A stretch of DNA of 64,000 nt from Gemmatimonadota bacterium. Its GTDB lineage: Bacteria; Gemmatimonadota; Gemmatimonadetes; Gemmatimonadales; GWC2-71-9. The DNA is taken from positions 761 through 64,760 of the forward strand of contig JANNQX010000131.1 of NCBI GenBank assembly GCA_031400975.1, given 5' to 3'. Within the stretch, counting starts at the first letter, position 1. Every line of letters begins with the position of its first letter. The notes beneath the pieces are model-generated. The model ran no database searches. It had not been told where the DNA came from and saw only the letters and a list, made by a program, of their open reading frames with translations. Below are positions 9,253-17,755 of the stretch, in pieces. Both the position numbers and the translations under genes were made by a program.

Positions 9253-9630
9253 ATGTCCGAGCCCGAATCCCGTGTCGATCCGGCCGATTCCGCGATTGAC
9301 CGGACCCGCTTGAGTGACCTCGTCGGGGGCAATCCGGACAAGATCGAGAGATACCTGACGATGTTCATCGACGTAACCGCCACCAGCCTAAGCCAACTAT
9401 CGGACGCGGTGGCCAGACGGGACACCGAGGGTGTCCGACGACTGGCGCACAAGATCAAAGGCTCATGCAGCATGGTTGGGGCCGCCGGCCTAGCCGCGAT
9501 CGCCGGGGACATGGAGCGGCTCGCTTTGGGGGGACAACTCGACGGAATCCCCCAGCTTCATGCCCGGCTTCAGACGGCCTTCGACGCGACTCGCACCGCA
9601 GTGGGTCAGGCCGAGACTGCAACCCCGTGA
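9253..9630 (+). CDS. Hpt (histidine phosphotransfer) domain protein
   Basis: The internal ATG at 9253 gives MSEPESRVD... The phosphorylatable-His motif LAHKIKGSCSMVGA is typical of Hpt domains. Confidence 0.8.
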   Translation: MSEPESRVDPADSAIDRTRLSDLVGGNPDKIERYLTMFIDVTATSLSQLSDAVARRDTEGVRRLAHKIKGSCSMVGAAGLAAIAGDMERLALGGQLDGIPQLHARLQTAFDATRTAVGQAETATP

Positions 9631-10575
9631 CGACCACGGCTCTTCAAGCGTCCCTTCCGGTCATCGTCCTGATCGACGATGACGGGTTCGGGGTCCAGAT
9701 GCTGGACGAGTTGATCCAGGGGTTCTCCGACACGACGAAGATCTGCCATACCGACCCCATCGAGGCGATGAAGTGGATCGACCGCCACGGGGCCGACGTC
9801 GTCATAACGGACTACGACATGCCGGGTGCCAACGGAATCGATCTGATCAAACACCTCCGAGGGCGGCCCGCTACCTCCGACGTCCCGATCCTGATGATCA
9901 CCTCGATCGAAGATCCAGCGATCCGACTTTCGGCGCTCGACGCCGGCGCCAGCGACTTCATTACCAAACCTTTTGAATCACCAGAAGTCCGGGCCCGGGT
10001 GCGAAACATGCTCGCGCTGCGGGCCGGCCAGAAGAGTCTGAAGCAACGGGCCGAAACCCTATCGGCGGAAGTCGCCGCGACGGTTCGATCGATTACGGCG
10101 AGGGAACAGGAAACGATCCTTCGATTGGCCCGGGCAGCCGAATACCGCGACTCCGACACTAGGGCGCATCTCCGGCGACTGGCCGAGACACCGGGGTCCT
10201 CGCCCGTGGATTGATGCTGCCACCGGCCCTGCAGGAAGCGATCTATCTGGCGGCGCCGATGCATGATGTCGGCAAGATCGGGATTCCCGACTACATCCTC
10301 AGGAAGCTTGGCTTGCTCGAGCCGCTCGAGTACGAGATCATGCAAAGCCACACCATTATCGGGCACCAAATCCTCGAGGGAAGCGGTTCGGAACTCCTCC
10401 AATTGGCCGCCGAGATCGCCCTGACCCACCATGAACGGTGGGACGGTTCCGGCTATCCCAACAACCTGACGATAGAGCGGATTCCGCTGGCCGGACGGTT
10501 CGACCGCTTTGCGTCGAGGCGTTCCTCCAGTCGCGAGACGAGCTGCTCGACGTCAGGGAGCAATTCGCGGACTAG
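9627..10575 (+). pseudogene. response regulator with HD-GYP domain (RpfG-like), disrupted by frameshifts and an internal deletion
   Basis: GTG 9627 overlaps the Hpt stop (GTGA). The receiver domain is intact (VIVLIDDD...DVVITDYDMPG...MITS...KP). The HD-GYP domain begins AAEYRDSDTRAHLRRLAE and then continues only in another frame (TGVLARGLMLPPALQEAIYLAAPMHDVGKIGIPD...HHERWDGSGYP...IPLAGR). The conserved D.FDAL..R.YK block is absent from every frame. The expected C-terminus FDP-LCVEAFLQSRDELLDVREQFAD-stop lies in a third frame, ending with TAG at 10573-10575. Confidence 0.65.
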
Positions 10576-10608
10576 CCAGGCCCGGTCCCGACCGCTATCG
10601 TCCGGCCC

Positions 10609-12144
10609 ATGTACGACTACATCGTCATCGGAGCCGGGTCGGCTGGCTGCGTCCTGGCGAGCCGGCTGTCCGAGGACCCCGCGACACGAGTGTTGCTGGT
10701 GGAGGCCGGTCCGGCAGCCGTTCCGCAACCGTCTCGAATCCCCGCCGCGTTCTCCAAGCTCTTCAAGACTCGATACGACTGGGACTACGCGACCGCACCG
10801 GAACCGGGCGCCTCCGGCCGGTCGCTCTATTGGCCTCGGGGTCGCTTGCTGGGCGGATCGAGCGCGATGAACGCGATGATTTGGACCCCACCAGCCCAAG
10901 CCGACCTCGACGGATGGGCCGCGCTTGGCAACCAGGGGTGGGCCTGGGCCGATCTGGCAGGGGCTCTTGCCCGGGCCGAGTGGCCGGCGGCAACGCCCCG
11001 CGGCCCCGGCCAAGTTGGGATCAGCATCGGCAACCTCCAGACGGTCAACCCGGTGACCAAAGCGATGCTGGAGGCGGCCCGCGGCCTTGGGATCCCCGCT
11101 AACAACGGATTCGGTGGCGGAGTGCTGGACGGGGCCGGCGAGTTCCGGGTAACCCAAGCCCGGGGGGTCCGGATCAGCTCGGCTGGCGGGTATCTCGATC
11201 CGATCCGGTCTCGTCATAACCTGACGATCTTGACGGATGCCCTGACGCTCCGGATCCGGTTCCAGGGGCGCCGGGCCACGGGCATCGACTACCTCGCTAA
11301 GGACCGGATCGGACAGGCCTCGGGCAAGGTGGTGGTGACCGCCGGGGCCATTGGGTCACCCCACCTGTTGTTGCGATCGGGCGTCGGGCCGGCCGGCCAG
11401 CTCCGGTCACATGAGATTGCGGTGATCGAAGACCTTCCCGGCGTCGGCCGGCACCTTCAGGATCACGTGGCGTGTGGGGTAGTCCATCATTGCCGCGAGC
11501 CCGTCACGCTCGCGAACGCCACCGGAGTCGGCAGTGTCCTCCGCTACCTATTGCGGCGGAACGGCCCACTCAGTTCAAACGTGGCCGAGGCCGGCGCCTT
11601 TGTTCGGATCCGCGAGAACGCCGATCGCCCTGACGTGGAGCTGCTTTTCGCGCCGACCTTCTTCGTCGATCATGGCTTCCACAACCCGCCAGGCCACGGC
11701 TATACCATCGCGAGCATCCTCCTCCACCCGGAAAGCTCCGGGTCGGTGTCCCTGGCCAGCGCCGACCCCACGATCGCCCCGCGAATCGTCGCCAATTACT
11801 ACGACGTCGGCCGCGACTTCGAGTTGATGGTCGAGGGGCTCCAGCTTGCTCAACGGCTCGCCGCCCGCGTTGAGCTCGACCGGTACCGGGGGCAGGAGCA
11901 CTTCCCTGGGCCGGAAACCGACCTTCGGCGGTTGGTCCGGGACCGGTCCGAGACTCTCTACCATCCCGTGGGCAGCTGCCGCATGGGATCGGGGCCCGAT
12001 ACTGTGGTCGACGACCGGCTCCAGGTCCATGGCCTTGATGACCTTTGGGTTGCCGATGCGTCGGTCATGCCTTCGATCACGTCGGGCCACACCCACGCCC
12101 CCACCGTCATGATCGGGGAACACGCCGCTCGGCTAATAGTCTAA
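10609..12144 (+). CDS. GMC-family FAD oxidoreductase (choline dehydrogenase-like)
   Basis: 511 aa with the N-terminal FAD fold MYDYIVIGAGSAGCVLASRLSED and GMC signatures (GGSSAMNAMIW; HPVGSCRMG...VVD..L.VHG...L.V.DASV.P). Confidence 0.92.
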   Translation: MYDYIVIGAGSAGCVLASRLSEDPATRVLLVEAGPAAVPQPSRIPAAFSKLFKTRYDWDYATAPEPGASGRSLYWPRGRLLGGSSAMNAMIWTPPAQADLDGWAALGNQGWAWADLAGALARAEWPAATPRGPGQVGISIGNLQTVNPVTKAMLEAARGLGIPANNGFGGGVLDGAGEFRVTQARGVRISSAGGYLDPIRSRHNLTILTDALTLRIRFQGRRATGIDYLAKDRIGQASGKVVVTAGAIGSPHLLLRSGVGPAGQLRSHEIAVIEDLPGVGRHLQDHVACGVVHHCREPVTLANATGVGSVLRYLLRRNGPLSSNVAEAGAFVRIRENADRPDVELLFAPTFFVDHGFHNPPGHGYTIASILLHPESSGSVSLASADPTIAPRIVANYYDVGRDFELMVEGLQLAQRLAARVELDRYRGQEHFPGPETDLRRLVRDRSETLYHPVGSCRMGSGPDTVVDDRLQVHGLDDLWVADASVMPSITSGHTHAPTVMIGEHAARLIV

Positions 12145-12226
12145 AGCGACGTTCATGATTGACTGAAGCCCTCTTCACTGTCCGTTCGCCAGGTTTCTCC
12201 GATTCCACATTTCAAGGCCTGGAGCG

Positions 12227-14401
12227 GTGATGAACGCCCAAGTTGAGTCGTTTCGCTACGACGATGATGTAGTCCGCAAATTTTTCTTCGCGACCTTCGT
12301 GTGGGGCCTGATCGGGATGTTGGTGGGTCTGATCATCGCCCTCCAGCTCGCGTACCCGGTGCTGAACTACGGGCCGCTCTTGAGTTTCGGGCGACTCCGG
12401 CCGCTCCACACCAACGCGGTGATTTTCGCCTTTGCCGGGAACGCCTTCTTCACCGGCGCCTACTACTCAACCCAGCGGCTCCTCAAGGCCCGGATGTTCA
12501 GCGACACGCTGAGCCGGGTGCATTTCTGGGGCTGGCAGCTCATCATCGTGGCCGCCGCGATCACGTTGCCGCTCGGGATGACCCAAGCCAAGGAGTACGC
12601 GGAGCTCGAGTGGCCGATCGACATCGCGATCGCCGTCATCTGGGTGACGTTCGCCGTCAATTTCTTTGGAACGATCGCCAAACGACGCGAACGGCATCTT
12701 TACGTGGCAATTTGGTTCTACATCGCCTCGATCATCACGGTCGCCATCCTCCACATCTTCAACAACCTGTCGGTGCCCGCGGGGTGGTTCAAGAGCTACT
12801 CGATCTACGCCGGCGTCCAGGACGCATTCATGCAGTGGTGGTACGGGCACAACGCCGTGGCGTTTTTCCTGACCACCCCATTCCTTGGGTTGATGTACTA
12901 TTTCATGCCGAAGGCCGTCGATCGGCCGGTGTTCAGCTACCGGCTCTCGATTCTGCATTTTTGGACCCTGGTCTTCATGTACATCTGGGCCGGTCCCCAC
13001 CACCTGCACTACACCGCTCTTCCCGAATGGGCTTCGACCGTGGGCATGCTGTTCTCGGTCATGCTCTGGGCTCCATCGTGGGGCGGCATGGTCAACGGCC
13101 TGATGACCCTCCGGGGGGCCTGGCGGAAGGTGGTGGACGATCCCATCCTCAAGTTCTTCGTGGTGGCGGTGACGGCGTACGGTATGGCCACATTCGAAGG
13201 ACCGATGCTCTCAATCAAGAGCGTCAACGCGCTGACTCACTACACCGACTGGATCATTGCCCATGTCCATACCGGGGCGTTGGGCTGGAACGGGTTCCTG
13301 ACGTTCGGGATGTTCTATTGGCTGATGCCGCGGCTGTTCCAGACCCAGCTCTACAGTGTCAAGCTCGCCGAGCGCCACTTCTGGCTGGCAACCTTCGGGA
13401 TGATCCTCTACGCCGCCGCGATCTACAGCGCGGGATTGACCCAGGGGCTGATGTGGCGGGCATTCGATGAGGTAGGCCGGCTCCAGTTTCCCGATTTCGT
13501 CGAAACCACGATGCGCTTGATGCCGATGTACCTCCTCCGCGCAGTCGGTGGTAGCCTGTACATCCTCGGCATGGGGCTGTTCGGCTACAACATCTACAAG
13601 ACTTGGGCGGCTCGCCCCGCCCGGTACGAGGAGCCGGTCATCCAAGCGGCGCCTCTGTCCCCGTCTTTCCCGAAAGACCCGGAGCCCGCGCCCGCCGGGC
13701 GGTGGGCCACCTTCACCAGGGCCCGGTGGCACCGGCGTTGGGAGGGGCTGCCCCTCACATTCACGGTGTTGACCGCCCTCGCGGTGATCGTGGCGTCGCT
13801 TTTCGAGATTATCCCCACGTTCTTGATCAAGTCGAACGTACCGACGATCGCCTCGGTCAAACCGTACACGCCGCTCGAGCTTGCCGGACGCGACCTCTAC
13901 ATCCGCGAGGGCTGTTTCAACTGCCACTCCCAGATGGTCCGTCCCTTCCGATATGAGACGGAGCGGTATGGCGAGTATTCGAAACCAGGTGAGTCGGTGT
14001 ACGATCATCCGTTTCTGTGGGGGTCCCGCCGGATCGGGCCGGACCTGGCCCGGATCGGCGGGAAGTACCCGGACCTTTGGCATCTCCGCCACCTCGACAA
14101 TCCAGCTCAGATTACGGCTCGCTCGATCATGCCGCCGTATCCGTGGCTTCACCGCAATACCCTCGACTTCGCTTCAATCCAGAAGAAGGTCGATGCCATG
14201 GCGATGCTCGGGGTCCCGTACGGCAAAGCCGTGAACGACGCTCCGGGCCAGGCCCGTGTCCAAGCGGCCCAGATCGCGGCGGGGATCGTGGCCCAGGGCG
14301 GCCCCAAGGATCTTGAAGACCGGGAAGTCGTCGCGATGATTGCCTACCTGCAGCGCCTCGGCAAGGACATCAAGCTCGCGACGGCGGGAGGGGGCCGATA
14401 A
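12227..14401 (+). CDS. ccoNO: cbb3-type cytochrome c oxidase, fused subunits I and II (CcoN-CcoO)
   Basis: 724 aa. The first ~470 aa are a multi-TM haem-copper oxidase (HTNAVIFAF..., WYGHNAV, HHLHYT, HVHTGALGW). The C-terminal ~210 aa have a TM anchor plus the CcoO haem site CFNCHSQMVRPF and YDHPFLWGSRRIGPDLARIGGKY. Confidence 0.93.
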   Translation: MMNAQVESFRYDDDVVRKFFFATFVWGLIGMLVGLIIALQLAYPVLNYGPLLSFGRLRPLHTNAVIFAFAGNAFFTGAYYSTQRLLKARMFSDTLSRVHFWGWQLIIVAAAITLPLGMTQAKEYAELEWPIDIAIAVIWVTFAVNFFGTIAKRRERHLYVAIWFYIASIITVAILHIFNNLSVPAGWFKSYSIYAGVQDAFMQWWYGHNAVAFFLTTPFLGLMYYFMPKAVDRPVFSYRLSILHFWTLVFMYIWAGPHHLHYTALPEWASTVGMLFSVMLWAPSWGGMVNGLMTLRGAWRKVVDDPILKFFVVAVTAYGMATFEGPMLSIKSVNALTHYTDWIIAHVHTGALGWNGFLTFGMFYWLMPRLFQTQLYSVKLAERHFWLATFGMILYAAAIYSAGLTQGLMWRAFDEVGRLQFPDFVETTMRLMPMYLLRAVGGSLYILGMGLFGYNIYKTWAARPARYEEPVIQAAPLSPSFPKDPEPAPAGRWATFTRARWHRRWEGLPLTFTVLTALAVIVASLFEIIPTFLIKSNVPTIASVKPYTPLELAGRDLYIREGCFNCHSQMVRPFRYETERYGEYSKPGESVYDHPFLWGSRRIGPDLARIGGKYPDLWHLRHLDNPAQITARSIMPPYPWLHRNTLDFASIQKKVDAMAMLGVPYGKAVNDAPGQARVQAAQIAAGIVAQGGPKDLEDREVVAMIAYLQRLGKDIKLATAGGGR

Positions 14402-14402
14402 C

Positions 14403-14603
14403 ATGCGCCTATCTGACATTATGAGCAACGCCGGGTTGGCGGGATACGCCGAGATCGCGTTGATCCTCTTTCTGGCGGCGTTCATCGCCATCGTCGTCGC
14501 CACGTTCCTGCCGTCTCGCAAATCCGAAATGGACCGGGTGGCGCGACTGCCGTTTGAGGACGGTTCTCAACCAAGCTCAGCCGAGAAAGGGGGTCACCCG
14601 TGA
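14403..14603 (+). CDS. ccoQ: cbb3 oxidase small subunit CcoQ/FixQ-like
   Basis: 66 aa from ATG 14403, with a single TM helix (EIALILFLAAFIAIVVATF) followed by LPSRKSEMDRVARLPFED, as in FixQ. It lies between ccoNO and ccoP. Confidence 0.65.
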   Translation: MRLSDIMSNAGLAGYAEIALILFLAAFIAIVVATFLPSRKSEMDRVARLPFEDGSQPSSAEKGGHP

Positions 14604-15208
14604 GCACCGATCCCAAAGAGGAACGGCTCCTCGATCACGAGTACGACGGCATCAAGGAGTACGATAACCCGATGCCCAGGTGGTGGTTGGCCACGTTCTG
14701 GGTGACGATCATCTTCTCCATCTTATACGTCCTCAACGTACCCATCGTCGGGATCGGCAAGGGCCGCTTGGCGGACTACGAGGCCGACATGGCCGAGGCC
14801 GCCGCCTTTGCGGCCAAGAACAACCCGCTCGCCAACGTGACCGCCGAGCAGGTGGTGACTGCCTCGACCGATCCGGCCCAGCGGGCCCTGGGATCGTCGA
14901 CGTTCGCCACGATGTGTGCCTCGTGTCACCTTGCTGACGGCGGCGGGCAAATCGGCCCGAACCTCACCGATAAATACTGGCTGCACGGCAACCAGCCGCT
15001 AGAGATTTTCAAGACGGTCGCCGAGGGCGTTCCGGCCAAGGGTATGCCCCCTTGGGGCAAGATCCTCAAACCGGCCCAGGCGATTGCCGTCTCGGGCTAC
15101 ATTCTGACCTTGCAAGGGGCGGCGCCCAAAACACCGAAGGCGCCCCAGGGCGTCAACCTAGACTCGGTGGCCACCGCGGCGGCTGCCGTGCCGCCGGGCC
15201 CGAAGTGA
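14600..15208 (+). CDS. ccoP: cbb3 oxidase subunit III (CcoP), mono-haem variant
   Basis: 202 aa. The FixP N-terminal motif DHEYDGIKEYDNPMPRWW is followed by a TM helix. Only one CxxCH is present (MCASCH). The GTG start overlaps the ccoQ stop. Confidence 0.85.
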   Translation: MSTDPKEERLLDHEYDGIKEYDNPMPRWWLATFWVTIIFSILYVLNVPIVGIGKGRLADYEADMAEAAAFAAKNNPLANVTAEQVVTASTDPAQRALGSSTFATMCASCHLADGGGQIGPNLTDKYWLHGNQPLEIFKTVAEGVPAKGMPPWGKILKPAQAIAVSGYILTLQGAAPKTPKAPQGVNLDSVATAAAAVPPGPK

Positions 15209-16605
15209 CCCACCCTTCCGATCGGGTTCTGGCAACGCTCAACGCCGACGGATCCCGGCGTTGGCTGCGCCCGAACCTTTCGGAAGGGCCGTTTTGGCGA
15301 CAGCGGCGGGTTGTCGCCTACCTGCTGATGTTCGTGTTCTTCGTCATTCCGTACCTTCGGCTCCACGACAAGCCGCTCGTGCTACTTGACCTACCGCGGC
15401 GCGAGTTCACCATACTCGGCACGACCTTTCTTCCGACCGACACCCTGCTGTTCATGTTGCTGTTCGTGATCGCCGGGATCTCGATTTTCCTGGCCACCGC
15501 GCTGTTCGGCAGAATCTGGTGCGGTTGGGGATGTCCCCAGACCGTGTACATGGAGTTCCTCTTCCGTCCGCTCGAGCGTTGGATCGAGGGAGGCCGGACC
15601 GGGAGTTTGGCGCTCGACCGACAGACCGGCCTGAAGCCTCGCCGATTGCTCAAATACGCGGTGTTCTTCGCCCTGGCCCTGTTCCTCGCCCACACCTTCT
15701 TGGCCTATTTCGTTGGGATCGAGCGGCTGGCCCTCTGGGTCCGTTCCTCCCCGGTGGAGCACCCGACCGCGTTTCTCCTGATGGCGGGGACGACCGCGGC
15801 CATCATGTTCAACTTCACCTATTTCCGGGAGCAAACCTGCTTGGTCGCCTGTCCCTATGGGCGGCTCCAGTCCGTATTGCTCGACCGCCAGTCGTTGATC
15901 GTCGGATATGACGTGAAACGGGGCGAGCCACGAGCAAAAGGCACCAAAGACCGGGCCGCCGCTCAGGGCGATTGCATCGATTGCGGGGCGTGCGTGATGA
16001 CCTGCCCCACCGGGATCGACATCCGCGACGGCCTCCAGATGGAGTGCATCCACTGTACTCAGTGTGCCGACGCCTGTGATGACATCATGGACCGGGTCGG
16101 GACCCCGCGCGGCTTGATTCGGTACACCTCGCGAGATGAGGTTGAGGGAACACCGCACACTTGGCTCCGGCCCCGGGTCATTCTCTACCCCGCCGCCCTC
16201 ACCATCGCCGTGGTGGCGTTTCTCTACTTTCTCGTGGCTCGCCGCGACACCGACATCACCATCCTCCGCGGGATCGGCGCACCGTACTCGGTCGAAGCCG
16301 ACGGACGGATCGTCAATCAAGTGCGAGTCCGAATGACCAACCGGGCGCGGGAGACTCGGGAGTACCAGATCGCCCTGGTCGGCGGCGAGGGTGCCAACCT
16401 CATCAGCCCCGAGAATCCGCTCCGGATCGGGGCCGGCGAGCGGCGCTCGACGAGCGTCTTCATCGTGGGGCCCCGGCGGATGTTCCACGACGGGGCTTGG
16501 TCGGTGCTCATCAACGTGAGCGACGGCAAAGCCTACTCGGAAACCCTGCCGTATACTTTGATCGGCCCCGAAGACGATGGCGACGACAAGGAATCGGCCC
16601 AATGA
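15205..16605 (+). CDS. ccoG: cbb3 oxidase accessory 4Fe-4S protein CcoG/FixG
   Basis: Motifs CGWGCPQTV, CIDCGACVMTCPTGIDIR and CIHCTQCADAC are present. I chose GTG 15205 as the start because it overlaps the ccoP stop (GTGA); the ORF track begins upstream at 15052. Confidence 0.88.
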   Translation: MTHPSDRVLATLNADGSRRWLRPNLSEGPFWRQRRVVAYLLMFVFFVIPYLRLHDKPLVLLDLPRREFTILGTTFLPTDTLLFMLLFVIAGISIFLATALFGRIWCGWGCPQTVYMEFLFRPLERWIEGGRTGSLALDRQTGLKPRRLLKYAVFFALALFLAHTFLAYFVGIERLALWVRSSPVEHPTAFLLMAGTTAAIMFNFTYFREQTCLVACPYGRLQSVLLDRQSLIVGYDVKRGEPRAKGTKDRAAAQGDCIDCGACVMTCPTGIDIRDGLQMECIHCTQCADACDDIMDRVGTPRGLIRYTSRDEVEGTPHTWLRPRVILYPAALTIAVVAFLYFLVARRDTDITILRGIGAPYSVEADGRIVNQVRVRMTNRARETREYQIALVGGEGANLISPENPLRIGAGERRSTSVFIVGPRRMFHDGAWSVLINVSDGKAYSETLPYTLIGPEDDGDDKESAQ

Positions 16606-17084
16606 TGACGAAAGGTTCCTGGTGGCCGATCGCGATGGGCGGCGTGCTGGCTCTGACCGTCGCGGCCAACGGCCTGCTCTTGTTCCAGGCTACCCGCGAT
16701 GGCGGCATGCCGCTCGAAGAGGACTACTATCGGAAAGCGGTCGCGTGGGACTCGACTATGGCCCAGTCTGTTGCGAACAGCGCGTTGGGTTGGCGGATTG
16801 GGGCGACGCTCGACTCGGCGGGCTCCTTATCGCTGGAACTCCTGGACCGGGCGGGCATCCCATTGTCGGGGGCGGCGGTGTGGGTGGAGGGTTTTGCGGT
16901 GGCGTTCGTTGACGGCGACTTTGCCGCCACCCTGACCTCGGATGGGGGGCGGCGGTATGGCGCCGTCGTGAGACTGAAGCACCGGGGCCTCCACGAACTC
17001 CGGGTTCGAGTCACCCGCAATGGAGACCGATTCACGGCGGTGCTCCGGGGCGCGCCAGGCGGCCTGTGGGAACTGGTCGGATGA
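16602..17084 (+). CDS. ccoH: FixH/CcoH-family protein
   Basis: 160 aa from ATG 16602, overlapping the ccoG stop. It has an N-terminal TM helix (WWPIAMGGVLALTVAANGLLL) followed by DYYRKAVAWD, and sits in the FixH position of the cluster. Confidence 0.7.
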   Translation: MMTKGSWWPIAMGGVLALTVAANGLLLFQATRDGGMPLEEDYYRKAVAWDSTMAQSVANSALGWRIGATLDSAGSLSLELLDRAGIPLSGAAVWVEGFAVAFVDGDFAATLTSDGGRRYGAVVRLKHRGLHELRVRVTRNGDRFTAVLRGAPGGLWELVG

Positions 17085-17755
17085 CCGTCTGGCCGGTGTT
17101 GGTTGCCAGCGTGGTCGGCAGTCCGCACTGCGCGGCGATGTGCGGGTTAATCGCGGCCGGGGCCGGCCGGGGCACCGGCCTCCAATCCACCTACCATCTC
17201 GGGCGATTGACCGGGTACGCCCTGATCGGCGCCGTGGCGGGTGCCGTGGGCCAAGGGTTCAACCAAGCCGGCCTTTTCGTGGGGGTCGCGGGCGCCGCCA
17301 CGCAGCTCGCCGGATGGTTGTTGGTGCTGGCCGGCGTGACGGGGATCCTGGCCGCGTTCGGCGTCAGGATCGGCCCGGGGGCAACGGCCCATCGTTGGGC
17401 GATCGACCTTGCCGCCCGGATCGGTCATATCCCGCCCGGCCGTCGAGCCTTGGCCTTGGGGTTGATCACTGCGGTACTACCCTGTGGCTGGCTGCTCGCT
17501 TTCGTGGCGACGGCGGCCGGTGCAGGCACCCCGGCACTCGGGGCGGTCACCATGGCTGTGTTCTGGCTTGGCACGGTCCCACTGCTCGTTGCGGCGGGCG
17601 GTTTTATCCGGCGAGCCAGTGGGCCGCTCCGCCGGCGGCTCCCGCTCATCTCCGCCACGGCCCTCATCGTGTTGGGCATCGTGACCGTCGTCGCCCGGCC
17701 GACTCGCCCCTCACCCAACGCCGTTTCGCCTGGCCATGGCCACCTCGATCGCTGA
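17081..17755 (+). CDS. DsbD_2/TauE-like polytopic membrane protein (HCxxMCG motif)
   Basis: 224 aa from ATG 17081 (ATGA overlap with the fixH stop). Multi-TM protein with SPHCAAMCG near the N-terminus. It lies between fixH and ccoI. Confidence 0.6.
   Translation: MTVWPVLVASVVGSPHCAAMCGLIAAGAGRGTGLQSTYHLGRLTGYALIGAVAGAVGQGFNQAGLFVGVAGAATQLAGWLLVLAGVTGILAAFGVRIGPGATAHRWAIDLAARIGHIPPGRRALALGLITAVLPCGWLLAFVATAAGAGTPALGAVTMAVFWLGTVPLLVAAGGFIRRASGPLRRRLPLISATALIVLGIVTVVARPTRPSPNAVSPGHGHLDR

Noticed and set aside
12152-12167. Imperfect dyad TTCATGATTGACTGAA upstream of ccoNO, considered as an FNR/CRP-type box.
   Set aside because: It does not fit TTGAT-N4-ATCAA; only the outer TTCA/TGAA match. No FNR-like gene is nearby. 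It is too weak to call.
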